Source: Escherichia coli
GTDB taxonomy: Bacteria; Pseudomonadota; Gammaproteobacteria; Enterobacterales; Enterobacteriaceae
Direction: 5' to 3' (one strand)
Assembly (NCBI RefSeq): GCF_003018255.1
Contig: NZ_CP027440.1
Length of the DNA: 64,000 nt
The position numbers were made by a program, and so were the translations under genes. Of this stretch, positions 22,232 through 34,756 are shown in pieces. The notes under the pieces are model-generated. The model did no database searches. It saw only the letters and a program-made list of their open reading frames with translations, and was not told where the DNA came from. The number at the start of each line of letters is the position of its first letter. Within the stretch, counting starts at the first letter, position 1.

Positions 22232-25087
22232 TTACAGTGCGGCGATAACAGCCTGCTGTTCAATCAGCTTGGCTTTCGCTTCTGCATAACCTTCCAGCTT
22301 CTCACGCTCTTTCGCGATAACCGCTTCCGGTGCGCGGGCGACAAAGCCTTCATTTGCCAGCTTGTTCTCGATGCGGCTGATTTCACCTTCGATCTTCGCC
22401 ACTTCTTTCGCCAGGCGCGCCAGCTCATCTTCTTTGTTGATGAGGCCAGCCATCGGGATCAGCAGCTCTGCGCCGTCGATGATCTTGGTAACGGAAACCG
22501 GACCTTTGTCATCGGCAGGCAGCACGGTGATGCTTTCCAGACGCGCCAGCGTTTGCAGGAAGCCACGGTTTTCATTTACGCGACGCTCTGCATCCGCGCT
22601 GCAACCACGAAGCAACAGCTCCAGCGGTTTGCCCGGCGCGATGTTCATTTCTGCACGGATGTTACGTACAGCAACGATCGCCTGTTTCAGCCACTCGGTG
22701 TCGGCCAGTGCGGCTTCATCAACCTGAGATGCATCATACTGCGGGAATGGCTGCAGCATGATGGTGTCGGCAGTGATACCGCAAAGTACTTTCACACGCT
22801 GCCAGATGGTTTCGGTGATGAACGGAATGATCGGATGCGCGAGGCGCAGCAGACCTTCCAGTACAGTCACCAGCGTATGGCGAGTACCGCGCAGTTCGGC
22901 TTCTGTTCCACCGTTCATTACCGGCTTGGTCAGCTCCAGATACCAGTCACAGAACTGGTTCCAGGTGAACTCATACAAAATGCCTGCGGCGATATCGAAG
23001 CGGAAGCTGTCCAGCGCTTCGCGGTACGCTTTGATGGTCTGGTTGAACTCCGCCAGAATCCAGCGGTCCGCCAGCGATAGCGTCATTTCGCCGCCGTTGA
23101 AGCCGCAATCCTGACCTTCTGTGTTCATCAGCACAAAGCGGCTGGCGTTCCACAGCTTGTTACAGAAGTTACGGTAGCCTTCCAGACGCTTCATATCCCA
23201 GTTGATGTCACGACCGGTAGAAGCCAGCGCCGCCAGGGTGAAGCGCAGCGCGTCAGTACCGTGCGGCTCAATGCCGTTCGGGAACTGCTTCTCGGTGCGC
23301 TTACGGATTTTGTCCGCCAGCTGCGGCTGCATCATATTGCCGGTACGTTTTTCCAGCAGTTCCGGTAGCGAAATACCGTCAACCATATCCAGCGGGTCAA
23401 TCACGTTACCCTTGGATTTGGACATCTTCTGGCCTTCGTCATCACGAATCAGGCCGGTCATGTAAACGGTGTGGAACGGCACCTGCGGTTTGCCATTTTC
23501 ATCTTTGATGAAGTGCATGGTCATCATGATCATGCGGGCAATCCAGAAGAAGATGATGTCGAAGCCGGATACCATCACGCTGGTTGGGTGGAACTGGCGC
23601 AGTGCGTCGGTGTTTTCCGGCCAGCCGAGCGTGGAGAAGGTCCACAGCGCGGAGGAGAACCAGGTGTCGAGAACGTCTTCGTCCTGACGCAGCGCGACGT
23701 CCGCGCTCAGGTTATTTTCTTTACGCACTTCGTCTTCGTTGCGGCCAACATAAACGTTACCCGCTTCGTCGTACCATGCCGGGATACGGTGACCCCACCA
23801 CAGCTGACGAGAGATACACCAGTCCTGAATATCGCGCATCCAGGAGAAGTACATGTTTTCGTACTGCTTCGGTACGAACTGAATGTCGCCGTTCTCAACC
23901 GCTTCAACCGCCGGTTTCGCCAGGACATCGGCACGCACGTACCACTGGTCGGTCAGCATCGGTTCGATAACTACGCCGCCACGGTCGCCGTAAGGAACGG
24001 TCAGGTCGTGCGGTTTAATTTCTTCCAGCAGGCCGAGTGCGTCAACCGCAGCAACGACCGCTTTACGTGCGGCAAAACGCTCGAGTTTCTGGAACTCTGC
24101 CGGGATTTCGCTGGAATAAACGTCAGATTCGTTACCTTTGGTATCGAACACCTGGGCGCTTTCACGGATATCACCGTCAAAGGTCAGGATGTTGATCATC
24201 GGCAGGGCGTGACGTTTACCCACTTCATAGTCGTTAAAGTCGTGCGCCGGGGTGATCTTCACGCAGCCGGTGCCTTTTTCCATGTCGGCGTGTTCGTCGC
24301 CAACGATCGGAATACGACGGTTAACCAGCGGCAGAATGACATATTTGCCAATCAGATCTTTGTAACGCGGATCTTCCGGGTTAACGGCCACGCCGGTATC
24401 GCCCAGCAGGGTTTCCGGACGGGTAGTCGCAACCACCAGATAATCTTTACCATCTGCGGTTTTCGCGCCGTCAGCCAGCGGATAGCGGATGTGCCACATC
24501 GAACCTTTCGATTCGCGGTTTTCCACTTCCAGGTCAGAGATAGCGGTACGCAGTTTCGGGTCCCAGTTTACCAGGCGTTTGCCACGGTAAATCAGGTCTT
24601 CTTTATACAGACGAACGAAAACTTCTTTCACCGCATTGGACAGGCCTTCGTCCATAGTGAAGCGTTCACGCTCCCAGTCTACGGAGTTGCCGAGACGGCG
24701 CATCTGACGGGTAATGGTGCCGCCAGATTCCGCTTTCCATTCCCAGATTTTGTCGATGAAAGCTTCGCGGCCGTAGTCGTGACGGGTTTTACCTTCTTCT
24801 GCGGCAATCTTGCGCTCAACGACCATCTGGGTAGCGATCCCGGCGTGGTCAGTACCGACCTGCCACAGGGTGTTTTTGCCCTGCATGCGCTGATAGCGGA
24901 TCATGGTATCCATGATGGTTTGCTGGAAGGCGTGACCCATATGCAAACTGCCGGTGACGTTCGGCGGCGGGATCATGATGCAGAAACTTTCCTGGCTTTC
25001 ATCGCCATTAGGCTTAAAGTAGCCCTGCTTTTCCCAGTGCTCGTAAAGCGGCTGTTCGATATCTTGTGGGTTATATGTCTTTTCCAT
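22232..25087 (-). CDS. valS: Valine--tRNA ligase
   Basis: 951 aa; HMGH and KMSKS motifs present. Confidence 0.97.
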   Translation of the reverse strand: MEKTYNPQDIEQPLYEHWEKQGYFKPNGDESQESFCIMIPPPNVTGSLHMGHAFQQTIMDTMIRYQRMQGKNTLWQVGTDHAGIATQMVVERKIAAEEGKTRHDYGREAFIDKIWEWKAESGGTITRQMRRLGNSVDWERERFTMDEGLSNAVKEVFVRLYKEDLIYRGKRLVNWDPKLRTAISDLEVENRESKGSMWHIRYPLADGAKTADGKDYLVVATTRPETLLGDTGVAVNPEDPRYKDLIGKYVILPLVNRRIPIVGDEHADMEKGTGCVKITPAHDFNDYEVGKRHALPMINILTFDGDIRESAQVFDTKGNESDVYSSEIPAEFQKLERFAARKAVVAAVDALGLLEEIKPHDLTVPYGDRGGVVIEPMLTDQWYVRADVLAKPAVEAVENGDIQFVPKQYENMYFSWMRDIQDWCISRQLWWGHRIPAWYDEAGNVYVGRNEDEVRKENNLSADVALRQDEDVLDTWFSSALWTFSTLGWPENTDALRQFHPTSVMVSGFDIIFFWIARMIMMTMHFIKDENGKPQVPFHTVYMTGLIRDDEGQKMSKSKGNVIDPLDMVDGISLPELLEKRTGNMMQPQLADKIRKRTEKQFPNGIEPHGTDALRFTLAALASTGRDINWDMKRLEGYRNFCNKLWNASRFVLMNTEGQDCGFNGGEMTLSLADRWILAEFNQTIKAYREALDSFRFDIAAGILYEFTWNQFCDWYLELTKPVMNGGTEAELRGTRHTLVTVLEGLLRLAHPIIPFITETIWQRVKVLCGITADTIMLQPFPQYDASQVDEAALADTEWLKQAIVAVRNIRAEMNIAPGKPLELLLRGCSADAERRVNENRGFLQTLARLESITVLPADDKGPVSVTKIIDGAELLIPMAGLINKEDELARLAKEVAKIEGEISRIENKLANEGFVARAPEAVIAKEREKLEGYAEAKAKLIEQQAVIAAL

Positions 25088-25530
25088 TATTTCCAGGTTG
25101 CCGTATTCAGGTTGAAACCAGCCACGCGGTAGGCTTTATAGCGTTCGCGCGCCAGTTGTTTCAGAGAATCTTCATAAGGAACGAAGTCTACCACTTCTGT
25201 GAAAGCGGTGGCAAAATCTGCAAAGCTTGTTCGCAGACTAATCAATATATCGCGCGGGCTGCTGCTACGCTTTTGCGGCCAGGCGATCTCCACCGGCGCA
25301 CCGCCGCGCGGTCCTTCTCCCGCTAAATTATGCGGAACAAAGCTTTCTGCCGGACGCGCCCACAGGGCTTCATCCAGCCGGTAAGCCTGCTTTTCATCTT
25401 CACAGGCGATGAGTACGCGCTTACCGCTGCGCCAACGTTCTGCGGCAATTTCACACACCAGTTGCTCAACGGCGCTTAAGCCATCGACGGTGGTGTCATT
25501 GTCCAGAAGGTAGAACGTTGCGTTTTTCAT
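25087..25530 (-). CDS. holC: DNA polymerase III chi subunit
   Basis: Trimmed to [12 protein letters not shown] start (147 aa); stop overlaps valS start by 1 nt. Confidence 0.9.
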   Translation of the reverse strand: MKNATFYLLDNDTTVDGLSAVEQLVCEIAAERWRSGKRVLIACEDEKQAYRLDEALWARPAESFVPHNLAGEGPRGGAPVEIAWPQKRSSSPRDILISLRTSFADFATAFTEVVDFVPYEDSLKQLARERYKAYRVAGFNLNTATWK

Positions 25531-25570
25531 ATATGGGGCTTCTTGTGGTGGATTTAAATATTGCTGCATT

Positions 25571-25655
25571 CCTCACCCTGAAAGATGAGCAATGAATTTC
25601 TATTGCGCTCGATCGGTTCCCTCTCCCTTAGGGAGAGGGTTAGGGTGAGGGTAAA
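25571..25655. repeat. Intergenic palindromic repeat element (copy 1), contains gggagagggttagggtgaggg
   Basis: Nested inverted repeats cctcaccct...ccctctccc tta gggagaggg ttagggtgaggg; 21-nt core shared with 29704-29724. Confidence 0.45.
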
Positions 25656-25663
25656 ACGCAAAC

Positions 25664-27178
<1,515 letters not shown>

Positions 27179-27441
27179 CTACGCTCCTGAATCTTAAAGA
27201 CAACGGCGGTGGCTACAGATAGAATTGCAAGCTTTCGTAACTCATGTCCGCTGTTGCGATGACTTCGTGTTAATCTTAACGTTATTACGGCATTGGCACG
27301 TCAGAACAAAATCTGAGAGGTGAATCCGTTGAGTATAATTATCTTAGCGACGATTTCGACGACTCAAGAGAATAAATGACGTTTAAGCCATGAAACAAGC
27401 TAAAATCCTGCAAAAGACGAGTTTTTACGGGCGTATTTAAA

Positions 27442-28542
27442 GTGATAATCATAAGATATCTGGTGCGGGAGACGCTCAAAAGCCAGCTGGCGATACTCTT
27501 CATCTTGCTTTTGATCTTCTTCTGTCAAAAGTTAGTGAGGATCCTCGGCGCAGCGGTTGACGGCGATATTCCGGCGAATCTGGTGCTCTCCCTTCTCGGG
27601 TTGGGCGTGCCGGAAATGGCGCAGCTTATCCTGCCATTAAGCCTGTTCCTCGGGCTGCTGATGACGCTGGGCAAACTGTATACCGAAAGTGAAATTACGG
27701 TAATGCATGCCTGCGGCCTGAGCAAAGCGGTTCTGGTGAAAGCGGCAATGATCCTTGCGGTATTCACGGCAATCGTCGCGGCGGTTAACGTGATGTGGGC
27801 GGGACCGTGGTCATCGCGTCATCAGGATGAAGTGTTAGCAGAAGCGAAAGCGAACCCTGGCATGGCGGCGCTGGCGCAAGGGCAATTCCAGCAAGCGACT
27901 AATGGCAGCTCGGTGCTGTTCATCGAAAGCGTTGACGGCAGCGATTTCAAAGATGTGTTCCTCGCGCAAATTCGACCAAAAGGTAATGCACGTCCTTCTG
28001 TGGTGGTGGCCGATTCCGGACATTTAACCCAGCTGCGCGACGGCTCCCAGGTCGTCACTCTCAACCAGGGAACGCGCTTCGAAGGCACTGCACTGTTACG
28101 TGATTTCCGCATTACGGACTTCCAGGATTATCAGGCGATCATTGGTCACCAGGCGGTGGCGCTCGACCCGAACGATACCGACCAGATGGACATGCGCACA
28201 TTGTGGAACACTGACACCGATCGTGCCCGTGCAGAACTGAACTGGCGTATCACGTTGGTATTCACCGTGTTTATGATGGCACTTATGGTCGTACCGCTGA
28301 GCGTGGTTAACCCGCGTCAGGGACGCGTACTGTCGATGCTGCCAGCCATGCTGCTGTATCTACTTTTCTTCCTGATCCAGACCTCCCTGAAATCGAACGG
28401 CGGTAAAGGTAAGCTGGACCCGACGCTGTGGATGTGGACCGTTAACCTGATTTATCTGGCTTTGGCGATTGTTCTCAACCTTTGGGACACCGTGCCGGTC
28501 CGCCGCCTGCGCGCCAGTTTTTCGCGTAAAGGAGCGGTGTGA
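27442..28542 (+). CDS. lptF: LPS export ABC permease LptF
   Basis: 366 aa, multi-TM; overlaps lptG start by 4 nt. Confidence 0.95.
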   Translation: MIIIRYLVRETLKSQLAILFILLLIFFCQKLVRILGAAVDGDIPANLVLSLLGLGVPEMAQLILPLSLFLGLLMTLGKLYTESEITVMHACGLSKAVLVKAAMILAVFTAIVAAVNVMWAGPWSSRHQDEVLAEAKANPGMAALAQGQFQQATNGSSVLFIESVDGSDFKDVFLAQIRPKGNARPSVVVADSGHLTQLRDGSQVVTLNQGTRFEGTALLRDFRITDFQDYQAIIGHQAVALDPNDTDQMDMRTLWNTDTDRARAELNWRITLVFTVFMMALMVVPLSVVNPRQGRVLSMLPAMLLYLLFFLIQTSLKSNGGKGKLDPTLWMWTVNLIYLALAIVLNLWDTVPVRRLRASFSRKGAV

Positions 28543-29624
28543 TGCAACCTTTTGGCGTACTTGACCGCTATATCGGTAAAACTATTTTCACCACCATCAT
28601 GATGACGCTGTTCATGCTGGTGTCGCTGTCGGGCATTATCAAGTTTGTCGATCAGCTGAAAAAAGCCGGGCAGGGGAGTTACGACGCGTTAGGCGCAGGA
28701 ATGTATACCTTGCTGAGCGTGCCGAAAGATGTGCAAATCTTCTTCCCGATGGCGGCTCTGCTTGGGGCGTTGCTTGGTCTTGGGATGCTGGCGCAGCGCA
28801 GCGAACTGGTGGTGATGCAGGCTTCTGGTTTTACCCGTATGCAGGTAGCGCTGTCGGTGATGAAAACCGCCATTCCACTGGTCTTGCTGACGATGGCGAT
28901 TGGCGAATGGGTCGCGCCGCAGGGCGAGCAGATGGCGCGTAACTACCGTGCGCAGGCGATGTACGGCGGCTCGTTGCTCTCTACCCAGCAAGGCTTATGG
29001 GCGAAAGATGGCAACAACTTCGTCTACATTGAGCGGGTTAAAGGTGACGAGGAGTTAGGTGGCATCAGTATTTATGCCTTTAACGAGAATCGTCGTCTGC
29101 AATCCGTACGTTATGCCGCTACCGCGAAGTTTGACCCGGAACATAAAGTCTGGCGTCTGTCGCAGGTTGATGAATCTGACCTGACCAATCCGAAACAGAT
29201 TACCGGTTCGCAGACGGTGAGCGGCACCTGGAAAACCAACCTCACGCCAGACAAACTGGGCGTGGTGGCGCTGGACCCGGATGCACTCTCCATCAGTGGT
29301 TTGCACAACTACGTGAAGTATCTGAAGTCGAGCGGTCAGGATGCCGGACGTTATCAGCTCAACATGTGGAGCAAAATCTTCCAGCCGCTATCCGTGGCGG
29401 TGATGATGCTGATGGCGCTGTCGTTCATCTTTGGCCCACTGCGTAGCGTACCGATGGGCGTGCGTGTGGTCACCGGTATCAGCTTCGGTTTTGTCTTCTA
29501 CGTACTGGACCAGATCTTCGGCCCGCTGACGTTGGTTTATGGCATCCCGCCGATCATCGGCGCACTGTTGCCAAGCGCCAGCTTCTTCTTAATCAGCCTG
29601 TGGCTGTTAATGAGAAAATCGTAA
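28539..29624 (+). CDS. lptG: LPS export ABC permease LptG
   Basis: 361 aa, multi-TM, operon with lptF. Confidence 0.95.
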   Translation: MMQPFGVLDRYIGKTIFTTIMMTLFMLVSLSGIIKFVDQLKKAGQGSYDALGAGMYTLLSVPKDVQIFFPMAALLGALLGLGMLAQRSELVVMQASGFTRMQVALSVMKTAIPLVLLTMAIGEWVAPQGEQMARNYRAQAMYGGSLLSTQQGLWAKDGNNFVYIERVKGDEELGGISIYAFNENRRLQSVRYAATAKFDPEHKVWRLSQVDESDLTNPKQITGSQTVSGTWKTNLTPDKLGVVALDPDALSISGLHNYVKYLKSSGQDAGRYQLNMWSKIFQPLSVAVMMLMALSFIFGPLRSVPMGVRVVTGISFGFVFYVLDQIFGPLTLVYGIPPIIGALLPSASFFLISLWLLMRKS

Positions 29625-29630
29625 TCTAAC

Positions 29631-29660
29631 AAGGGAGCGAAAGCTCCCTTTATTATTGTT
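29631..29660 (+). terminator. Rho-independent terminator after lptG
   Basis: aagggagc gaaa gctccctt followed by tattattgtt. Confidence 0.6.
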
Positions 29661-29688
29661 GACAAAGTCAAATACGAGTTCGAACGGT

Positions 29689-29725
29689 CCCCTCGCCCCT
29701 TTGGGGAGAGGGTTAGGGTGAGGGG
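29689..29725. repeat. Intergenic palindromic repeat element (copy 2)
   Basis: cccctcgcccctttggggagagggttagggtgagggg; shares 21-nt core with copy at 25631-25651. Confidence 0.45.
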
Positions 29726-29742
29726 CACAGATCACGTCTGAC

Positions 29743-31245
29743 TTATCTTTTTCTCCCCCCCAGCAAACTCCCCAACATCCCGCGTACAATCTGATTCGTC
29801 ACCTGGCGAGCGGCGCTTTTCGCCATTGTTTGCACCACACCATCTTTCTTCCCGCCGCGTGGTCCGGTAGTGCCAAACAAAATATCCTTCAATCCACCAA
29901 GAATACCGTCATCCACCGCCACCTCTTTCCCTTTCACGGGGGGATTATTTTGCTGCTCGGTACTGGCCTGAAAGCCTTTTTGCAGCATCTCATAGGCGGA
30001 CTCGCGGTCCACCTCATCTTCATATTTGCCATACACCGGGGAGTGATTAATCAGGCCATTACGCTCATCTTCCGTCACCGGCCCCATTCGCGAACAAGGT
30101 GCGATCACCATCGCCCGTTCCACCACAGAAGGACTCCCTTTTGCATCGAGAAACGAGATTAACGCCTCGCCGGTCCCCAGTTCCTGGATTGCCTTTTCGG
30201 TATCAAATGCCGGATTGGCCCGCATGGTTTGCGCCGCAGCTTTTACTGCTTTCTGATCTTTGGGCGTAAAAGCCCGCAAAGCGTGTTGAACACGATTACC
30301 GAGCTGCCCGAGCACATTATCCGGAATATCAGACGGGTTTTGCGAAACGAACCAGACGCCCACGCCTTTTGAGCGAATAAGCCTTATCACCTGCTCAATC
30401 TTATCCAGCAGTACCTGAGGCGCATCGTTAAACAGCAGATGTGCTTCGTCGAAGAAAAACACCAGTTTTGGTTTCTCCAGATCGCCCGCTTCAGGCAATT
30501 GTTCATATAACTCTGAAAGCATCCACGGCAGGCTGGCGGCGTACAGTTTCGGCATCTGATAAAGTTTCTCGGCGCTGAGGATATTGATAACGCCTTTACC
30601 GTTGGCATCGGTGCGCATCCAGTCTTTGATATCCAGCATCGGCTCACCAAAGAAGTGTGCTGCGCCTTGCTGTTCCAGCGACAGTAATCCGCGCTGGATG
30701 GCACCAACCGATGCGCTACTGATATTTCCGTACTGATTCTGGAAGGATTTGGCGTTATCGCCGATGTACTGGGTAATCGCCCGCAAATCTTTAAAGTCGA
30801 GCAGCAACAATCCCTGATCGTCCGCAATGCGGAAGATAATATTCAGCACGCCAGATTGCACATCGTTGAGATTCAACAGTCGCGCCAGCAACAGCGGCCC
30901 CAGATCCGAAACCGTCGCCCGCACCGGGTGGCCTTTCTCGCCAAAGATATCCCACACCACCACCGGATTAGCATGAGGTTGCCAGTCATTTACGCCGATA
31001 TTTTTAAGCCTTGCGAGCAGTTTTTCCGAAGAAGTACCTTCCTCCGCTACTCCCGTTAAATCACCTTTCACATCGGCCATAAACACCGGCACGCCGATTT
31101 CAGATAGAGACTCTGCCAGTTTTTGCAGCGTAACGGTTTTACCCGTCCCCGTTGCGCCAGTAATCAGCCCGTGACGATTCGCCATTCCCGGCAATAAAAA
31201 CAGTTCTGTGTCCGACGTGCGGGCAATTAACAGGGGTTCGCTCAT
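29743..31245 (-). CDS. yjgR: DUF853-family P-loop NTPase YjgR
   Basis: Trimmed to [12 protein letters not shown] start (500 aa); Walker A GATGTGKT. Confidence 0.85.
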   Translation of the reverse strand: MSEPLLIARTSDTELFLLPGMANRHGLITGATGTGKTVTLQKLAESLSEIGVPVFMADVKGDLTGVAEEGTSSEKLLARLKNIGVNDWQPHANPVVVWDIFGEKGHPVRATVSDLGPLLLARLLNLNDVQSGVLNIIFRIADDQGLLLLDFKDLRAITQYIGDNAKSFQNQYGNISSASVGAIQRGLLSLEQQGAAHFFGEPMLDIKDWMRTDANGKGVINILSAEKLYQMPKLYAASLPWMLSELYEQLPEAGDLEKPKLVFFFDEAHLLFNDAPQVLLDKIEQVIRLIRSKGVGVWFVSQNPSDIPDNVLGQLGNRVQHALRAFTPKDQKAVKAAAQTMRANPAFDTEKAIQELGTGEALISFLDAKGSPSVVERAMVIAPCSRMGPVTEDERNGLINHSPVYGKYEDEVDRESAYEMLQKGFQASTEQQNNPPVKGKEVAVDDGILGGLKDILFGTTGPRGGKKDGVVQTMAKSAARQVTNQIVRGMLGSLLGGRKR

Positions 31246-31374
31246 GAGATATCCTCCAGTTTCCTGCCTGGAGTATAGGCAACGGCTGCGCACTCTTCAC
31301 CGCTAAATTCAGCAGATTGCGAGACGCCTTCCAAAGAGATTTAAACGCCGGGCGACAGGCACCCGGCAAAGGGA

Positions 31375-32394
31375 TCAGAAGTCGGCTTTCAGAACCACGC
31401 GGTAGCGCGCTTTACCATCGCGTACATGCTGGATAGCGTCGTTAATTTTCGACATCGGGAACAGTTCGGTAGTCGGCGCAACCTTGCTGCGGGCGGCAAA
31501 GCGCATCAGCTTACGCAGCTCATAAGGCGTGCCGGTAGCAGAACCAGAGACGCTGCGGTCGCCCGCAATTAACGTAAAGGCCGGAACAGACAGCGGCGTG
31601 AGAACCGCACCGACCGTATGGAAATTACCGCCATACGTCAGCGCCTCAAAATAAGGCTGCCAGTCGAGGCTGACGTTGACGGTGTTGATAATGAGATCAA
31701 ACTGCCCCGCCAGTGCTTTGAGTGCCTGCGGATCGCGGCTATTCACCACTTTATCGGCACCCATCGCCAGTACTTCCTGCTCTTTCGCCGGATTAGAACT
31801 AAAGGCTGTCACCTCGCATCCCATTGCGTGCAGAAGTTTTATAGCGATATGCCCCAGCCCGCCAATACCAATCACGCCGACGCGGCTGGTGGCAGTGATA
31901 TGGTGCATCAACAGTGGTTTAAAGACCGTGATACCGCCGCACAACAGCGGCCCAGCAGATTCAATGTCGATATTTTCTGGCAGTGGGATTACCCATTGCC
32001 AGTCCGCACGCAACTTCTCGGCAAAACCGCCGCGATTCAAAATCGTCGGCACCGCACCTTGCTCGCAGTTGATCTGATTACCGCTAATACAGGCGTCGCA
32101 GTGACCACAGCTACGCGCCGTCCAGCCAATCCCGACACGCTGACCGACCTGCAAACCTTTATCCTGCGCGGCGCTACCCAATGCAACCACGCGCCCAATC
32201 ACCTCATGCCCGGCAACCAGCGGATACTGTGAAAATCCCCATTCGTTGTCGATCATCGACAGATCGGAATGGCAGATCCCGCAGTAATCCACCTGAACTT
32301 CAACATCTTGTGGCTTCAGTTCACCGGGATCGTACTCATAAACTTCCAGTTCGCCGCCAGCCTCTTTTGCGGCATAACTTTTTATCATCGACAT
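31375..32394 (-). CDS. ahr: NADPH-dependent aldehyde reductase Ahr (YjgB), Zn-dependent ADH family
   Basis: Trimmed to [18 protein letters not shown] start (339 aa); GHEVIG and GIGGLG motifs. Confidence 0.9.
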   Translation of the reverse strand: MSMIKSYAAKEAGGELEVYEYDPGELKPQDVEVQVDYCGICHSDLSMIDNEWGFSQYPLVAGHEVIGRVVALGSAAQDKGLQVGQRVGIGWTARSCGHCDACISGNQINCEQGAVPTILNRGGFAEKLRADWQWVIPLPENIDIESAGPLLCGGITVFKPLLMHHITATSRVGVIGIGGLGHIAIKLLHAMGCEVTAFSSNPAKEQEVLAMGADKVVNSRDPQALKALAGQFDLIINTVNVSLDWQPYFEALTYGGNFHTVGAVLTPLSVPAFTLIAGDRSVSGSATGTPYELRKLMRFAARSKVAPTTELFPMSKINDAIQHVRDGKARYRVVLKADF

Positions 32395-32589
32395 GTTTTT
32401 ATCCTTCTCTGGTGTGGTCTGGGAAGTGTAGAGCATGGCAGGGCGGGGCGCCTGGAGTGTGACAAAGGTTACACATCGCGGTATGCAATGCTGAAAATTT
32501 CAGCACTTAGCGAGGTGCGAGCAAGCTGGCGCTTGCATGGTGGCGTGCGACAGGTATAATCCACAACGTTTTCCGCATACCTCTTCAGT

Positions 32590-32674
32590 GCCGAAGTGGC
32601 GAAATCGGTAGACGCAGTTGATTCAAAATCAACCGTAGAAATACGTGCCGGTTCGAGTCCGGCCTTCGGCACCA
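32590..32674 (+). tRNA. leuX: tRNA-Leu (anticodon CAA)
   Basis: 85-nt sequence GCCGAAGTGGCGAAATCGGTAGACGCAGTTGATTCAAAATCAACC...GGTTCGAGTCCGGCCTTCGGCACCA with cloverleaf arms and encoded CCA. Confidence 0.95.
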
Positions 32675-32896
32675 AGTGATGCAATAATTAGCTACCTAAG
32701 GGTGGCTTTTTTTGTGTCCATTTCCGTCCAAATTCGTCCATATCCGTTTGTAATTCAAAGGTAATTTATTTTTCCACAATAACCATATTTATTTTGTGGT
32801 CTTTCCGTGTTGGTCATTTTTCATCCATTGACATCCACGCGATTTGGGGGCCAAATTGGGGGCTTAGACGTAGTTCGATAATAGTGAGGCCCCCAA

Positions 32897-34573
32897 ATGG
32901 CACTAACAGATCGCGCTATAGTCCACGCCAAGCCTTGTGGCAAGCCGTATAAGCTCAGTGACTCGCATGGACTTTACCTGCTGGTTAACCCTAACGGTTC
33001 AAAACGCTGGTACATCAAGTACCGCTTTGTAAACAAAGAGAAAAAGCTCGCTTTAGGCCCTTATCCGCTTTTGACGCTTGCACAGGCAAGACGCATGCGT
33101 GAAGAGGCACAATTATTGCTGATTTCCGGCATCGATCCGAGTGCACGCCGAAAAGCAGAACGCCTTGCGATAACGCCGGAACATACGTTTGAGTCTGTGG
33201 CACGTGAATGGGTCACCAGTAACGTGAACTGGTCGGCGGAACATAAGAAGCGGGTGCTGCGTTATTTCGAGCTTTACGTATTCCCCACGAACGGCAGCTG
33301 TGACATCACCAAAATGAAGGTCAAAGATCTGCTGGTGCCCATCAAGGAAGTGGAGAAAGCGGGCAAACTGGATGTTGCTTCCCGGCTTCAGCAGCGCACT
33401 GCCTGCGTGATGCGCTACGCCGTCCAGAACGGCATTATCGATCATAACCCTGCATCAGATTTAACCGGCGCGGTCTCCACGCCCAAAGTACGGCATCACC
33501 CGGCGTTGGATCTGAATCTTATCCCTGATTTCCTGGAAAGAATCGACGATTACAAAGGCCGTCAACTGACTCAACTGGCGGTAAAACTGGCACTGCTGCT
33601 GTTTATCCGCTCCAGCGAACTGCGCTTTGCCCGCTGGGATGAAATTGATCTGCGTAACGCCATGTGGACCATCCCCGCTGAGCGTGAGCCGATCCCCGGC
33701 GTTAAATATTCAGCGCGTGGGGCGAAGATGCACTCCCCACACCTGGTCCCATTGTCACGTCAGGCCATCGAACTGCTGCACGAGGTGCGGCAGCATTGCC
33801 GACCGGGAACTGAACTGGTGTTCCCCGGCGATCACAATTACCGCAAGCCGATGAGTGAAAACACCATCAACAAAGCGCTGCGGGTGATGGGCTACGACAC
33901 CCAGAAAGATGTCTGTGGCCACGGTTTTCGCACTATGGCCTGTAGCGCGCTGGTGGAGTCGGGGCTGTGGTCAAGCGACGCGGTAGAGCGCCAGATGAGC
34001 CATCAGGAGCGCAAGCGCGTGCGTGCGGCGTATATCCACAAGGCGCAGCATCTCGAAGAACGTTGGGAGATGATGCAGTGGTGGGCGGATTATCTGGATG
34101 CAAACCGGTTCAGGCATGTTGTGCCGTATGGCTTCAAAAAGTCGCCGGGAGGCGCACTCGACCATATGAGTTTCCAGGAGCGCAATGACCGGCAGCTAGA
34201 GGAGCTGAAAGCCAGAATACTGGCTGACTCGGAATGGCTGACGGCGTCTGAATTATCCGCAAAAGCGGGCTTTCGTTCCGCCGATCCTGATGCTGGTCCG
34301 AAAGGCTGGAAAGCCGCCGGGAAGATATTCTCGCTGAAGGTCGATGGTGAGGATTTATACCCTGATTATGTTCTGGATGAGAAAATGCGGCCTCTCAAGG
34401 TTGTCCGTTTGATTCTTTCACTGTTTAAGGAGCGTAAAACACCGTGGGGGCTGGCTATCTGGTTTGGCTCGGCTAATCGCAGGTTGAGAGGTGGGAGGCC
34501 GAAAGACCTGCTGATTTCGAAGTCAGAGTTGGTTCTGATGGCGGCGCAGGAGGAGGTGGAGTCGGGGGAGTAG
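32897..34573 (+). CDS. P4-type tyrosine integrase with ~150-aa C-terminal extension
   Basis: 558 aa; N-terminal arm-binding region, catalytic HGFR and Tyr (AAYIH) region at ~aa 350-375; extension ends in a GGRPKDLL-type motif. Confidence 0.85.
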   Translation: MALTDRAIVHAKPCGKPYKLSDSHGLYLLVNPNGSKRWYIKYRFVNKEKKLALGPYPLLTLAQARRMREEAQLLLISGIDPSARRKAERLAITPEHTFESVAREWVTSNVNWSAEHKKRVLRYFELYVFPTNGSCDITKMKVKDLLVPIKEVEKAGKLDVASRLQQRTACVMRYAVQNGIIDHNPASDLTGAVSTPKVRHHPALDLNLIPDFLERIDDYKGRQLTQLAVKLALLLFIRSSELRFARWDEIDLRNAMWTIPAEREPIPGVKYSARGAKMHSPHLVPLSRQAIELLHEVRQHCRPGTELVFPGDHNYRKPMSENTINKALRVMGYDTQKDVCGHGFRTMACSALVESGLWSSDAVERQMSHQERKRVRAAYIHKAQHLEERWEMMQWWADYLDANRFRHVVPYGFKKSPGGALDHMSFQERNDRQLEELKARILADSEWLTASELSAKAGFRSADPDAGPKGWKAAGKIFSLKVDGEDLYPDYVLDEKMRPLKVVRLILSLFKERKTPWGLAIWFGSANRRLRGGRPKDLLISKSELVLMAAQEEVESGE

Positions 34574-34735
34574 GAATGGTTACTCAACCCTGAAAGAATG
34601 CGTCCAACTACTCTTTACCCTTCTTTCTTTAATGGAAAATGACGTTTGGAAGGTTGAATAAGGCATCGCATTTCTGGCGGTCTTTTTTTGATCATTTACG
34701 TTGCTTCTTTCTTTATTTGTTCATAACATTGTTTT

Positions 34736-34752
34736 GTTCATGATTCATGAAC
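34736..34752. promoter_or_regulatory. 17-bp palindrome GTTCATGATTCATGAAC (candidate operator) just upstream of start codon
   Basis: Perfect 8-bp arms around a central base; candidate -35 TTGCTT / -10 TAACAT immediately upstream; TTGTTCA half-sites repeated nearby. Confidence 0.5.
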
Positions 34753-34756
34753 AGTT

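Noticed and set aside
23471-25132. 553-aa ORF on plus strand (and other plus-strand ORFs 22362-23114)
   Set aside because: Antisense to valS; composition-driven open frame, no RBS, no recognisable motifs
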